Positions 52,166 through 64,000 of a stretch of 64,000 bases of DNA are shown in pieces. The translations under genes were made by a program, and so were the position numbers. This DNA comes from Tricharina praecox (taxonomy: Eukaryota). The stretch lies in NCBI RefSeq assembly GCF_024521635.1, contig NW_026250406.1, positions 744,001-808,000 on the forward strand, in the 5' to 3' direction. Numbering within the stretch: the stretch's first letter is position 1; each line of letters opens with the position of its first letter. The notes under the pieces are model-generated. The model did no database searches, was not told the DNA's origin, and saw only the letters and a program-made list of their open reading frames with translations.

Positions 52166-52370
52166 CACATAGCCAGGCGGCAGAGGAAACGGCGCATCGC
52201 TCTGTTTCGTTTCCCGAGTCGTCCCCCTGCCCTGTCATGCCCTGCTATGCGGATGAGGAATGCGGGATGCAGGAATGGCTCACGCGATGTCACTCGTGCC
52301 CTCCCCGGCTAGAGTAGTCCTGCAGGCTGCAGAGTATTGCGATCTTGGTCTAGCAACGCTACTCTATTGA

Positions 52371-52373
<3 letters not shown>

Positions 52374-52438
<65 letters not shown>

Positions 52439-52449
52439 CTCTCTCTCCC

Positions 52450-52484
<35 letters not shown>
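52374..52484. repeat. (CT)n microsatellite, ~110 bp, interrupted
   Basis: Direct. Confidence 0.95.
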
Positions 52485-52490
<6 letters not shown>

Positions 52491-54679
52491 CATAGGAAGG
52501 CCGTCTGCGACAATTTGTAGATTGATCTCCTCTATCTCGAGTCTGCAAACAAACCCGTGCGCTTCGAGCTCCATTCAGCCGGCACTTCCCCTCCACCCCC
52601 TCCCGCGAACCGTCGTTAACCCGCCGGCGGGAGCAAGAATACATTTCGAGCGGTATTGCAAGCCGATTGGCAGCATACTTCCCATGTATGCGCAGCTCTG
52701 CAGCGTGTGTGGGTGGCCATCTGCAGCGTGCATAGATAGATGCCCGGTACATACCGTACCGGTGTGTACTCTATGTATGTACCGCAGCCAGCCAGCCAGC
52801 CACGGCGGAACGGTGCATAAAAATCTGCATGGCATACGGGATAGGGCACACCCACACCGGAGAAGCGAAATTTGATGATCTGGCTTTAGCTACACTCACG
52901 CCCGCACGGTGATTCTAGAGCACGTCGATTGCGATCCGGGGGCGATTGAGGCGGCGGGAGGGGAGATTAAAGCTGAGGTTTTTCTAAAATGGGTTTTGAC
53001 GCTTTGCTCGGACTGCGAAGTGCTGTGAAGTGCTGTGAAGAGCTTTTTGTTCTGCGCCGGTTGTCTTGATTCTTGCAAGCTGGGGAAAGGGGAGTGAGTG
53101 GGAAGGGAAGGGAAACGGGGAGGGGAACGGGGAGGGGAACGGGAAGGGGAGCGGGATGGGAAACGGGGAATGCGTAAAGACGGTTTGTACGATGCTCCAT
53201 GCTCCAGCAACTACTCCAGAAACCGAACAGGTGCCATGAGACGGCGAAGCGGCGACAGAGCGGACTCGCGTGCTGCACAGCACCAGTACCGGTACACACC
53301 CCGAGACCAAGATCCAAAATCCAGAATCCAGATCCCGATACATACGAGTCAATAACATCAGTAGCATCAGAAGCATCAGTATGAACATCAGCCTTAACTG
53401 ACCCCCCAGACAGGCACCTCCCTCTCCCCATCCCTCTCCCCCATCCCCCCCATCACCCTCCGCAACAACACCCCTGCCAAAACTCCAGCATAAACCAACA
53501 AAAATTCCAATCAAAACCACCTTTCGTACTTTTTGGTGCCCCATGCCAGCAGCAAAAGTGCACATATGGAGAAAATGGACCTCACGCAGCACAGCGCAGC
53601 CGCCCGCCTGCTCTTCCCGGTTCGGTTCGGTTCCAGCGTCAAGCCCCGGCTCACTCCAGGTCGAGTCGAGTTCTGCCCGCGTGCTGGCACTTTTGGCACT
53701 TCACTCTACTCTAATGGCACTTTACTCTACTCTAATGGCACTTCACGTGCGCTGTGCGGCGCGCGCGGCGTGCGACGTACGGCGTACGGCGTGTGGTGTG
53801 TGGTGTGTGGCGTGCGGCGTGCGGCGCATTATCTACCTATTAGGTACCGGTATCAGTCCCTTTATCTAGGATTCTGGGTACTTTTCTTTTTTTTTGCCGC
53901 CAGGGCCCAGGGATCAGGGACTTCGGAAGAATGCTTGGTGCTCATGCTCGACATCAGCCGCCGACATGCTTCTCGATCATGCTTCTCGATCATGCCCTCC
54001 GGTGGGAGGGGAGGCGGGGAAGGCGCTTGCGTATGATTCATGGATGGAGGGAGCACCGGCGCTCAGGCAGGTGAAAGCAGGTGAGGGCGGGTGAAGGCAG
54101 GTGAAGGCGAGCGAATATCCCTCAAGACACTGGACACTGGACAGTGCACAGTGGCTAATGCTGAGACTCGAGAGAAGTGCAGATCCGAGTCATCCAACAA
54201 CAACAACAGTCAACAACAGTCAACAACTCCGAATCCTGAATTGAAAGCCGCGCCCATGTGCTTCAGCCCCCCCAGGGATCGCCCGTCTGGTCCTCATGAC
54301 GATGGCATGGATTCCGCTGGAACGAGCGGACTGCAGCAGGCCTGGCCTCGGATTCACATCCACATCCACGATGCACGCCGATTGCACGCCGGTTGTGCGC
54401 AGGATGGCTTGCGGAGCGAGGAGCGAGGAGCGGGGAAAGGGCGTGGCGTCACTGGCGTCACTGGCGTGGCAAGCGGGAAGCATGGTCAGCTCGCTAGGTA
54501 GAGTAGAGGACTCTAGGGATTACTATGCTTTAGTTGACAGTGCACGGGCTCGAACGTCGGTATGGCGAGGGTTGGGAGGGTTGTCACTGGTTGCTGGTCA
54601 GCGAGGGTTCGGCCGGGTTTGGACAGTGGAAAGGGTACCTAGAGGCTGGAAGATGAAGCTGGAGCTCGAGTTTCCGAAG

Positions 54680-54944
54680 TCCATTCCTCGTCGGATCCTC
54701 GGGCCAACGAGTCGCACCGAGGGATGCAGCATTTACCTCTCCACGCGACTGCATATACACAGCATACACAGCATTTACCTCTCCACGCGACTGCATATAC
54801 ACAGCATACACAGCATAAACACCCGAAACCCTCGCGGGGCCCCTCCAGTTTCCGCTGTCCATACCCCGTCCATTCCTTGTCAGATCCTCGTCGGATCCTC
54901 GTCGGATCCTCGGGCCAGCGAGGGCCAGCGAGTCGCCCCGAGGG
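54680..54944. repeat. Nested direct repeats: ~45-bp flanking copies around an internal 42-bp tandem duplication
   Basis: tccattcctcgtcggatcctcgggcca.cgagtcgc.ccgaggga at 54680 and, expanded, at 54869-54944. cagcatttacctctccacgcgactgcatatacacagcataca occurs twice between them. Confidence 0.8.
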
Positions 54945-57164
54945 AGTGGAATGGAGTTGGATCCGACATTTCGCCTCGCCGCTCGGCCGCATGTCCGACG
55001 CTTGCCCATCTGTTCGGGTTGACGTCCGCGCCGCTCGAGTGCTTTGAGTAGAAACCTAGATACCTAGGAAGATACCTAGTGGCTTCGGTAGAGCATGTCC
55101 TGGACATGGCGGGGATAACTACTCTACTCTAGTTATACCTACCTAGGGTACATCCGCCAGGCTCCAGAACGTGAGAGCGTGAGTGAATGTACACTTTATG
55201 TAGTTACGCGCTGTTGGAAGTGGTTCGGTACATAGACTATGTACGTGTTCGGCCAGCCAGCGCTTGACTTGCCTGTACACAAGTGGGGAGAAAGGGCGAT
55301 GGGGACTGGAGATCGAAAGAAGCGGTATTTGGGTACACACCAGTAACTATCATACACAGGGTTGTAGATACTTGTCGGGATGGGATGTTCGGCGGCCTAG
55401 TTAGTGCCCCGAGAACCACACAGAACCGGGATGGCGATGTTCCTCGGTAACACTTGCTCGCTTCGAGTAGTTGATCCGCGCAGTTGCCGCGTATGTAACT
55501 CTGTGCATGTACCTAGTATGTACCTAGGCTTCCAAGATTCACAGTTTTACATATGTACCGTCTACATACGGAGTTGGGATGGGTATGATACATGGCTGTT
55601 GGAAGCTACGTGCGTATGCTCTTCAGTGACGGACTTGCTGGTAAGTTGAGTTAGAGCACGAACGCTCGCGTTGATCCTGTACCGTAAACCATAGCACCTA
55701 CTAGTAGAGCAGTTACCGCATTTTGAGCCGTCATCACACCTTTGCTTCCAAATCTTTGCTTCCAAGCTCCAAGTTCCGGCCTCGTGAGTCGTGGGTTTAT
55801 GATGGGGAGCTTAGGTAGAGTAAGCCACCGCTAGGTAATAAAGAAAGACATCAATCTGCAAAGTCAGACTTGAGTCGCCCCCATCAACGCCCTTAGGAGT
55901 CTGGGCTACCTAGGTACAAAAAATAAATCTACTACCGATCTAACGCCACGGTCATGGTTCGATTTGAAGACAACTACCCAGATATGTTACTCAGCTCACT
56001 CAGGTGTGCCCTGGGGGGAGGGGGAGCGGCGAGGTAGAATAGGTATCATAGAATAGGTAGGTAGAATAGGCAGTCGAAGACACAGAGTTGCACCCGCTGT
56101 GATGGATGGATGGAGCTTGGGGAGTGTTTCTAGCGAACAAGTTTAGTCACTCGAAACCCACGAACGTCTAGATTCCCGGTGGCTTGCGTGTATACACCGT
56201 ATTTCGGGGAAGGATAGGTAGAGAGTGAGACTCGAGTATCGGCTACTCCATTACCGGTATTATACGGGTCGTCATCGGGTTGGCGATTTTTTAGGATCTG
56301 GAAACACCCACTCACAGCGCATCACTCGAGCCACCCTGCGCCTGCGAGTGATGCGATTCTCGTTCTCGTCGAAAAGCCACCGTCGTCACTCGTCCAACAT
56401 AGGTATTGCACATTTGTCACATTTGTCACATTTGCCCCATTGGCCATATGCGCCTCGTTTACGCCTCCTCGAGTGAGCCTCGGGTGAGCCTCGAGAATCC
56501 TGTTTATTCTCATACTTGCTTCTGATTCTGCTTCTGCTTCCGTCTGGTATGTCTAATCTAGCTGGTCATCCGCTGTGTTCTACGAATGAATCAAGCAACT
56601 GAAGAATATCACTCATATTCTCTACAGCGAGAGCGAGAGGGAATCCGAATCTACGGATTCGCCGAGAGCCCAAGACGCTCGGAATTTCCCCATAGGTATG
56701 GAAGCAACCCGCGAAGTCCGAAGGCCGTCTAGTAACGTGAGCGATGGTGGCCGGAAGCCCGAAGCCCCCCCGCGCAAATAAGTGGTGGCCTGGGTGGTGC
56801 AGATTACGGCCTCAATGCGTACATACGGTAAACAGCCATAGTTATGGAACCTTGAATACACGGCTTCCCCATCCGCCCAGCCGCTCATGGAGTGTTTGTC
56901 AGACTCTTTTTGTGGTGCATACGGCAGAGTTAGACACTGGGAGTCCGTAATATCATCACCCTCGAGAGGTAAAAATCCTCCCATTCGGAGGTTTCCGCTG
57001 GATGGAATTGTTTTTTTGGGGGCACCGCAGACAGTCACTTGCCGCCATCGCCTTTTCTCGAGATTGGCCTGACACCGTTGGCAGGAATGTGAGGACAGTT
57101 GATTGTACCAGTCCCGATATCTCTATCATACACTTCGTATCGTATCGTACATACATCTCTTGAA

Positions 57165-59763
57165 CTACTCTCCTCTCATAGCCTTCTCCACCTCCCTCGC
57201 TCTAGGACCCTGCATCCTCTCCCATCCCTCGAGCTCCATGACAAAAGTCCCGCGCCCCTGGGTCATAGCTCTCAGATGCTTTAGATACCCGACCATCTCA
57301 CCGAGGGGAACCGTAGCATTGACAACCCTCTTTATCCCCTCACCAGCCTCCCTTCTCTCTCCATCACCCTTCAAGAACGGCACATACACGCGCTTCATCT
57401 CGATCTCCACACCTAGCGTTTCGCCATCACCCAGACTCGAAACCTGCCCTCCGCGCGAGGACGAGATGTCGGCGACAACTTTGCCAAGGTCCTTCTCGTC
57501 GCAGGAAACGGAGACGGTCATCACCGGCTCGACAATCAACCCCGTGGCCTGTGCCTGTGCAGCGGCCAGGGCGTCACCAACAGCGAGGCGCGTGGCGGTC
57601 GAGATCGCGGCGAGGGAGCTTTCGGCCGTGAGGTCGGTGGCGGGGTTGATGGTTACCTCGACCTGTGTGTCCCTAAGGGGGAGGTGGAGGTGTGGTCCGC
57701 GAGAGAGTGCGGCAGCGACGCCGGCACCCATCGCGGCTTCGATTTCCTTCGCCGTAAGATGCGATGGGATCTTGGCTTTCAGTGTTTCGCCTGTAGAGTC
57801 CACATACGTCTCCAAGATATGGATGGCGACATTATTCCCATCGGTCCCGATCTCGACGCCCTCCTCGAGATCGTCGATGTTGAGCGGCGAGACGCTGGCG
57901 GTGCACCCGGCTTTTGCGGGCTTGCCGGCAAGTTCCCGGTTGAGGAAGTGATGGGTTGGGCCCATGGGGACCGATATCGTCTCGCGATAGGCAATCAGTA
58001 TCTTCCCCATGTCCGCCTTTGCCTTCAACTCCTGCACCAGCCTGTCACGGCCAATCTCGAGGTGCAGTTCGCCCATTCCCGAGAGCAGAGTTTGTCCGCT
58101 GTCAGGGTCGGTAGTGACACTGAAGGAGGGGTCTTCACGCAGGAGCATGGCGAGGGCTTCCTCGAGAGGCTTCTGTTCGGAGAGGGAGTAGGGCTCCAAG
58201 GAGGCGAAGAAGACGGGAGGTGGGACATCGATTGGCCGGAGCTGCAACGTTTTCGGATCGTATTTTTGGATTGCGGTTTTGGATTTCTTTGCATTTGAAC
58301 TTTGACCAGAGGGGGAAACGGCGTGCTCAGAGATCAGTGTGTCGCCTGTGCGCGCTTGCTTGAGGCCGATGATGACACCGATGTGGCCGCACGGTATGGA
58401 GGGGATGTCGACCGCCTCGTCGGCGTACATTTGTAACAATCGGTGGGCACGCTCCTTGACTCCAAGGGAGGTGTTGTATAGAGTTTGCGCCTTGGATAGG
58501 CTACCCGAATAAACTCTAACGAAGACCATGGCGCCACGTTTCGGGTCGTTGACCACCTTGAAGGCGAGCGCACAAGTGCGATTCGTGTCCATGTCGAGCA
58601 GCGCGTACTGGTTTCCGCTGTGGGTGATGTCTGTGGGAGGGCGGTCAAGAGGTGAGGGGAGGTAATCTACGACAGCATCTAGGAGCGGCTGTACGCCAAT
58701 ATTGCGGAATGAGGCACCGCAGAGAACGGGGATGATCCGGCCATTACCTGTAAGGGTAAGTTTTCGAATGGAGCTTTTGAGAGCGGCCGTGGGGATCAAA
58801 TGGTGCTCCCCCACTTCCAGGAAGAGCTCTACCAAGTCTTCGTCGTGTTCGCCGAGTAGCTCAACCAGCGCAATTTGTGCGTCGAGTGCCTCCTGGTGTA
58901 GCTTTGGGTTGTTAGTGGACAACCACTCGTAGTCGTGAACCGTAATGTTCTGTCCATCCCCGCCGAGCTCATAGAGGAAGACCCTCTTCTCGACCAGGTC
59001 CACCACACCCCTTAGCACGTCCTCGCCTCCCTTCCCATTGTTTTCATACACCGGCAACTGCAGCACTGCCGGCCACGCATTCAGCTTTGCCGCCACCTCT
59101 CTCACCGTAGCTCCAAAGCGTGCGCCAACCCGATCAAGCTTATTGACGAAGATCAAGCGCGGGATCTGGTACTTCGCTGCCTGCCGCCACACCTTTTCCG
59201 TCTGCGCCTCCACCCCCGCAACACCATCCAAGATCGTCACCGCCCCGTCCAGCACCCGGATCGAACGTTCCACCTCGAAAGTAAAGTCCGCGTGGCCGGG
59301 GGTGTCAATAAGGTTTATGATGTGCTCTTGGGCTGAGGGTGGTGTCCAATTAAATGTTATTGCTGCCGAGGTAATGGTGATGCCGCGTGCTCGTTCCGCT
59401 GGTAGATAGTCCATTACCGTGGAGCCTTCATCGACCTCGCCGATGCGCCGAGTGAAGCCTGAGTAGAAGAGCATGCGCTCTGTTGTTGTGGTTTTCCCCT
59501 GTGCCAGAGTTAGAAGTAGCTCGTAGGAGACAGGAGACGGGTAGACATGCGGCATCGATGTGTGCTATGATTCCGATATTCCGGGTGTGCGCAAGACTGG
59601 CCGGGGCGGGAGCTTCCGTACTGGAGGCATATCGCCGTAACGAAGGTGGAGGTCGCTTCAGTGATAACGTCGAAGGACGGAGAGCTGCAGCCGAATGGGG
59701 CCTAATGAGCTCACAGCGCCAGCAGATGTTTCGTCCGATGGCGGAAGCGGGAAGGAGGAGCAT
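57165..59763 (-). CDS. MEF2: Mitochondrial ribosome-releasing factor 2 / elongation factor G2 (EF-G2mt)
   Basis: Exons 59763-59551 and 59498-57165 (GC-AG intron). Arg-rich mitochondrial presequence; [87 protein letters not shown]. Confidence 0.93.
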
Positions 59764-60078
59764 CGTCGGCGAGTGCTGTGCTGTGGGAAAAGCTCAAAAA
59801 TATTGGCCCTTACTTTAGCTCCGACTGAAGAATTCGGCCATTGCGTTATCTTATCAATCAATCGAACCAGGGTCTTTGGCCAGAGCCCAATCTCCACGTG
59901 ATTACATCTGCTCGTTAACCGCTCATTCATCCGCGAGACAACATCCAACCAAGCTCTCTGCTGTGGAGCGAGCGTCACCCCTCCACCACCACCACCACCA
60001 ACCCTCTCCAGAAACCAAATCAGCACTCCATCGCTGCATGCAAGAATAACTTGTCACAGGCCCGGCTACCTGCACCCA

Positions 60079-61908
60079 ATGGACTACTCAGCTTTCAACT
60101 CCGGCTTCGCTGATCCCGAAGAGGAGTCTCCGTTTGCGAACCCGCACAGCACTGCTGCCCCCCACCATCACTCTGCGCTTGCCTCTCCGTCCTTCGCTGA
60201 CGACGGCCACGAACCAAACTACCCCGCCTATTCCCCCGCTCTTGGCACTCCGCAACATGCCATATTCGGGCATGTCACCGACCCCGAAGACGGTTTCGGG
60301 GTTCCGTCGGCATTCACGGAAGCCGAGTCGCCACGGATAGATCGCCCAAAGTACGACGAAGAACAACGGCAAGCTTCGGAGAGCAACGGTAGTCATCCTG
60401 GAGATTCGGACCGCGCCGAGTCCCAAAATCAGCAGCAGCAACAACCTCAGCATCAGCAGCCGGCAAGATACAAATCACACCCTCAGCAGCTGCAGCGGCC
60501 CCAAGCGCAATATCACCTACAAGCAAAAGTCACCGGTCTTGAGCGATCCGGCAGAAAGGACCCTATTCTTAAGTTCGATGTGCACGTACGCACACCCAAC
60601 ACACCCTAGGGGGGGCTCAACAAGCTGACGCTACTGCTACCTATCTAGACCAACCTTCCAAAGTTCCGCACTACACAGTTTCGCGATGTCCGCCGTACGC
60701 ACCCTGAGTTCCAGAAACTAGCACACCACCTGCTCTCGTCCAATCCCGAATGCATTGTCCCTGCCGTGCCGCCGCCCTCGACCTCTGCCGGCGTGGGTAC
60801 AGACGAAGACGAGACGCGCGTACGCGGGTACATGCAACGCTGGCTAAACACGGTCTGTTCTAACGATGTCCTCATCCGGGATGAAGAGATGGTGTTTTTC
60901 GTCGAGTCAGACTTTGGCTACTCTCCAGTGGTACGTCGGAAACAGCCGGCCACAGGTGTACGCAGAAAGGTGATCAAGCAATTCGCACCGCCGCCCGACG
61001 ACACTCCCGAGTTGGAGCGTGCCCGGCCCATCGTCAAAGCCTTCTACCTGGGGACCATGGAAACCGGCCAGAAAGTCAACGCAGTAGTCAAAGCCCGGCG
61101 GGGATTAGGCCTCGCCGAATCCGCGCTCGGCAACACACTCGCGCTTCTGGCCCAGACTGAGGCCCACCCAGGCATGTCTAATGCCTTCCGCAAACTCGGC
61201 CGCACGATCCAGAGCGCTGGCGACTTCCACGCAGCCCAAGCCACCGCGGAAGCAACTACCTTCGCCGACCCCCTCAATTACCACTCCTCTGATGCCTTCA
61301 TCGTCAAAGAAACCCTGACCAACCGGCAAATTCTCATGCGCGAGCTCGAAAGCGCACGGAAGGACACCCGCAGCCGCCTCCAGACCGCCGAGGTACTTAA
61401 AAGCAAGGGCTCTATCCGCCGCGACAAGGTCGACGAAGCGCTACAAGCCCTCGACGAGGCCAAACACACCGAGGCCCATCTCGAGAGCAAGGTCCGACGT
61501 GTCACCGCTAACCTCGTCCAAGAGCGCCGGAAATGGTTCTCCCGCACCACCCGCGATATGCGTGCCGCCATCCGCGACCACTGTCTTCGACAGATCGAGG
61601 CAGAGCGCCGCACCCTCGCCACCCTCGAGAGCGTCCGCCCGGATATCCGCGCTATCGACTCTAGCGGCGGACTCAGCCGTCTCGGCCGTGATGCACCCCC
61701 GTCAAGTCGTCGGGCGAGCCTCGCCGCAAGCCAGGGCCCTCGTGGCGATGCGTGGAGTGGTGTTCCTCGTGCTGCTGGCGTGCAACGCGGAGAGTTTGGG
61801 GCTCCCCAGCCGAAGCGTGAGGACCGGATAGTTGAGGAGGGAGACGGCGAGGGGGACAGGTTGGATGCCAAGAATGCTGCTAGTAGACTCGCAGGTAGTA
61901 CCTTCTAG
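60079..61908 (+). CDS. VPS17: Retromer sorting nexin Vps17 (PX + BAR)
   Basis: Exons 60079-60585 and 60649-61908. Motifs LQAKVTGLERSGRKDPILKFDVHTNLPKFRTTQFRDVRRTHPEF, NPECIVPAVP, FVESDFGY, VKETLTNR, GGLSRLGR, DAKNAASRLAGSTF. Confidence 0.93.
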
Positions 61909-62189
61909 TCAAAAGTGGGGTTTGGCGATGATGGGGCGGCGAGATGGTGAGTGATGGACAGTGGAGTGGGTAAATGAATGGTCTGTGTATGTGGCTCCGT
62001 GTTTCTGGGCATCGTAAGTAAGCAAGCAGCCTGTGCGTGAATACTTGTAGTCTTCCTGTTTCCTGTTTCTGTTTCCTTTCTGCGCGTTTTTTGTTATTTT
62101 TCGGGGTGGCTCTACGGTGGATGAATGAAGTGTATTTGTGCATCGCCAGCTTCTGAGAGCTAGTTTGTATTGCATGTCGAAATATAGTG

Positions 62190-63482
62190 TTACTCCACAG
62201 CACCACCCAGGGCGCCTGCCCCCTTTTTCCTCCTAGCCTCAGACTTTTCTTTCCGTATCCTCCTCCTCGCGGCGGTCTCACTCTCTTCGACCTTGCCCTC
62301 GCCCTGTATCCACTCTTCAAGTGCCCCCTCCTTAACATCGTCGAGTATAAACCTCCCAAGCAGCCCCTTCCTATACCGCCCCAGCATCCATATCGCAGCC
62401 GCCTCCACATCCGCCTCCCCACCCTTCAGCAGCTTCCCCGTCTTCTTCGCCACCGCCCGCAGCCACACCAGCACGTCGTTCGTCGGCGCACACCACTGCT
62501 TGTACAATTTCGGATCCGCACGGTTGATCTGGAACAGGAGGTAATCCGCGAGGGTGATCAGGGGGACGAGGGAGTCCTTCACACTGCCCACCAGGGCCAG
62601 CTTCAGCATCGTCTGTGGATTCGGCATGTACGGGACAAAAACCCCGGGGGTGTCGATGACGTAAATCAGCCCATCCTCCTCGCCAGAGATCTTGACGGTA
62701 TTCGACAGCTTTCTAGTGATCCCCGGCTGGCCGCCTGTCTTTGCCGCCTTGGTGGCGTTCCCCGTCCCCGCCCGCCGCAGCGCGTTCAGCAACGTCGACT
62801 TGCCAACGTTCGGCATGCCGACGATTAGGATCCGCAGCCCGGTAAGACTGTCGTTCTCTCGCGCTACCCCCTGGCAGTACGATACGATCGTTTGTATGTC
62901 ACCCCGTGACGTCGTGTCCGAGAAGAAGACTGTGTGCGGGTGGTGCCAGCGCGTCATGATATCGCGCGTCTAGCTTTCATCAGCCCCCTTCCCACCCAAC
63001 CCTCCCCCCTCCTAGAAACACACCTTATCATCCAGCACCAGCATCCCGAGATCGCGCTTTGTATAGACGACTACGCGCTCCTTCCCGAGCAGTGTGGACT
63101 CAAACAGCGGGTTCCTTGAGGCCAGCGGCACCCGGTAGTCGCGGCACTCGATCACGAGCGATACGCTGCCCACCGACTCCTTCATCCGGTCTAGGCCCGC
63201 CTTGTGGTGGCCAAGGAAGAACGACGGCGTGATGGAGCCCGCCGTGGTGAAGGATGTGCGCGCGACGAAGCCGCCGTTGTTGGGCTTGGGCGCGGGGGAG
63301 GCATGGGCGGGAGGGGGGGGAGGAGTGGGTGCCGCGAGATGTGGAGGTACCGCCGAGGTAGCGATGTCGCTGATTCCTCGGGCGAGAGTGCAGAGCCGTA
63401 CGAGTGATGGCGCGTGCCGCGGCGAGATGATGGAGGACGCGGCAAGCGTGGTGCGATAGAGGGCACGAGCGGGAGCAGCCAT
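62190..63482 (-). CDS. MTG1: Mitochondrial GTPase 1 (RbgA/YlqF family, circularly permuted)
   Basis: Exons 63482-63024 and 62969-62190. Motifs FFLGHH, IECRDYRVPLASRNPLFE, YTKRDL, VGMPNVGKSTLLNAL, GGQPGITR, IDTPGVFVP, YRKGLLGRFILD. Confidence 0.93.
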
Positions 63483-64000
63483 GTGGCGGGGGGGGAGTGG
63501 GGGTTCGGGGTGCGTGGACTAGTTAGAGTAGAGTAGACTGCAGGGAAGGCCGGAGGAAGGACTGGTTGTTTTTTTCTGCTCATGCAGGAACAGGAACGGC
63601 TCAGCTCCGATAGTCAACGGTTGTTGGCTCCAGGCAGACTCGGGAGTTATGTACATGGCACATGCAACAGAAGAAAGATGGATGGAGGCCTGCTTTTTTT
63701 CTTCTTCATGGCGAAGTCATGTGATATCGTGTCGTGTCGTGAGATGCCGGTTTAAGCTCGGATGCATAGTGCATGGAGGGGAGGTTAAGATAGAGTTGGA
63801 TTTACTAACTAGAGTACATACTGAACTGGTGGAGGGATATATTGACGGGCATGATATAACTCCAGTAAAGATGTTTACGATGACTCCCTAGTATCTACGG
63901 AGAATTAGTAATATCTCGGGAGGAACTGCTACTCACTGCCTAAGTAGCAAGCAGTGAGATTGCCGGCTCGGTATCTTCGAATTCTTCTGCGACATATCAA

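Noticed and set aside
57103..58298. Long + strand ORFs (282 aa and 204 aa)
   Set aside because: Antisense to EF-G2.

Overview
Eukaryotic, intron-rich fungal (ascomycete-like) genomic DNA. Introns show GT(R)AGT/GTATGT donors, CTRAC branch points and YAG acceptors. About 11 confident and 2 weaker protein-coding genes were assembled by hand-splicing: the 3' part of a GMC oxidoreductase carrying a frameshift; an Est1/SMG6-like TPR+PIN protein that appears to start with a C2H2 zinc finger; a head-to-head pair of an intact fungal AAA+ ATPase and a NACHT/STAND-like protein with degenerate Walker motifs; an SLC35F transporter; a Mutator(MuDR)-transposase-derived, catalytic-domain-less polyQ protein; a PPN2-like metallophosphoesterase; BXI1; two small hypothetical proteins (one with a PP1-docking RVxF motif); and mitochondrial EF-G2, VPS17 and MTG1. 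Long gene-poor intervals (about 1.8-15.4 kb, 19.4-28.5 kb, 51-57 kb) hold micro/minisatellites and short duplications. The best candidates for an undescribed system are the divergent AAA+/pseudo-NACHT module (28.6-35.3 kb) and the putatively domesticated MULE DNA-binding protein (37.9-40.0 kb). All domain calls are by motif recognition; no database searches were run.
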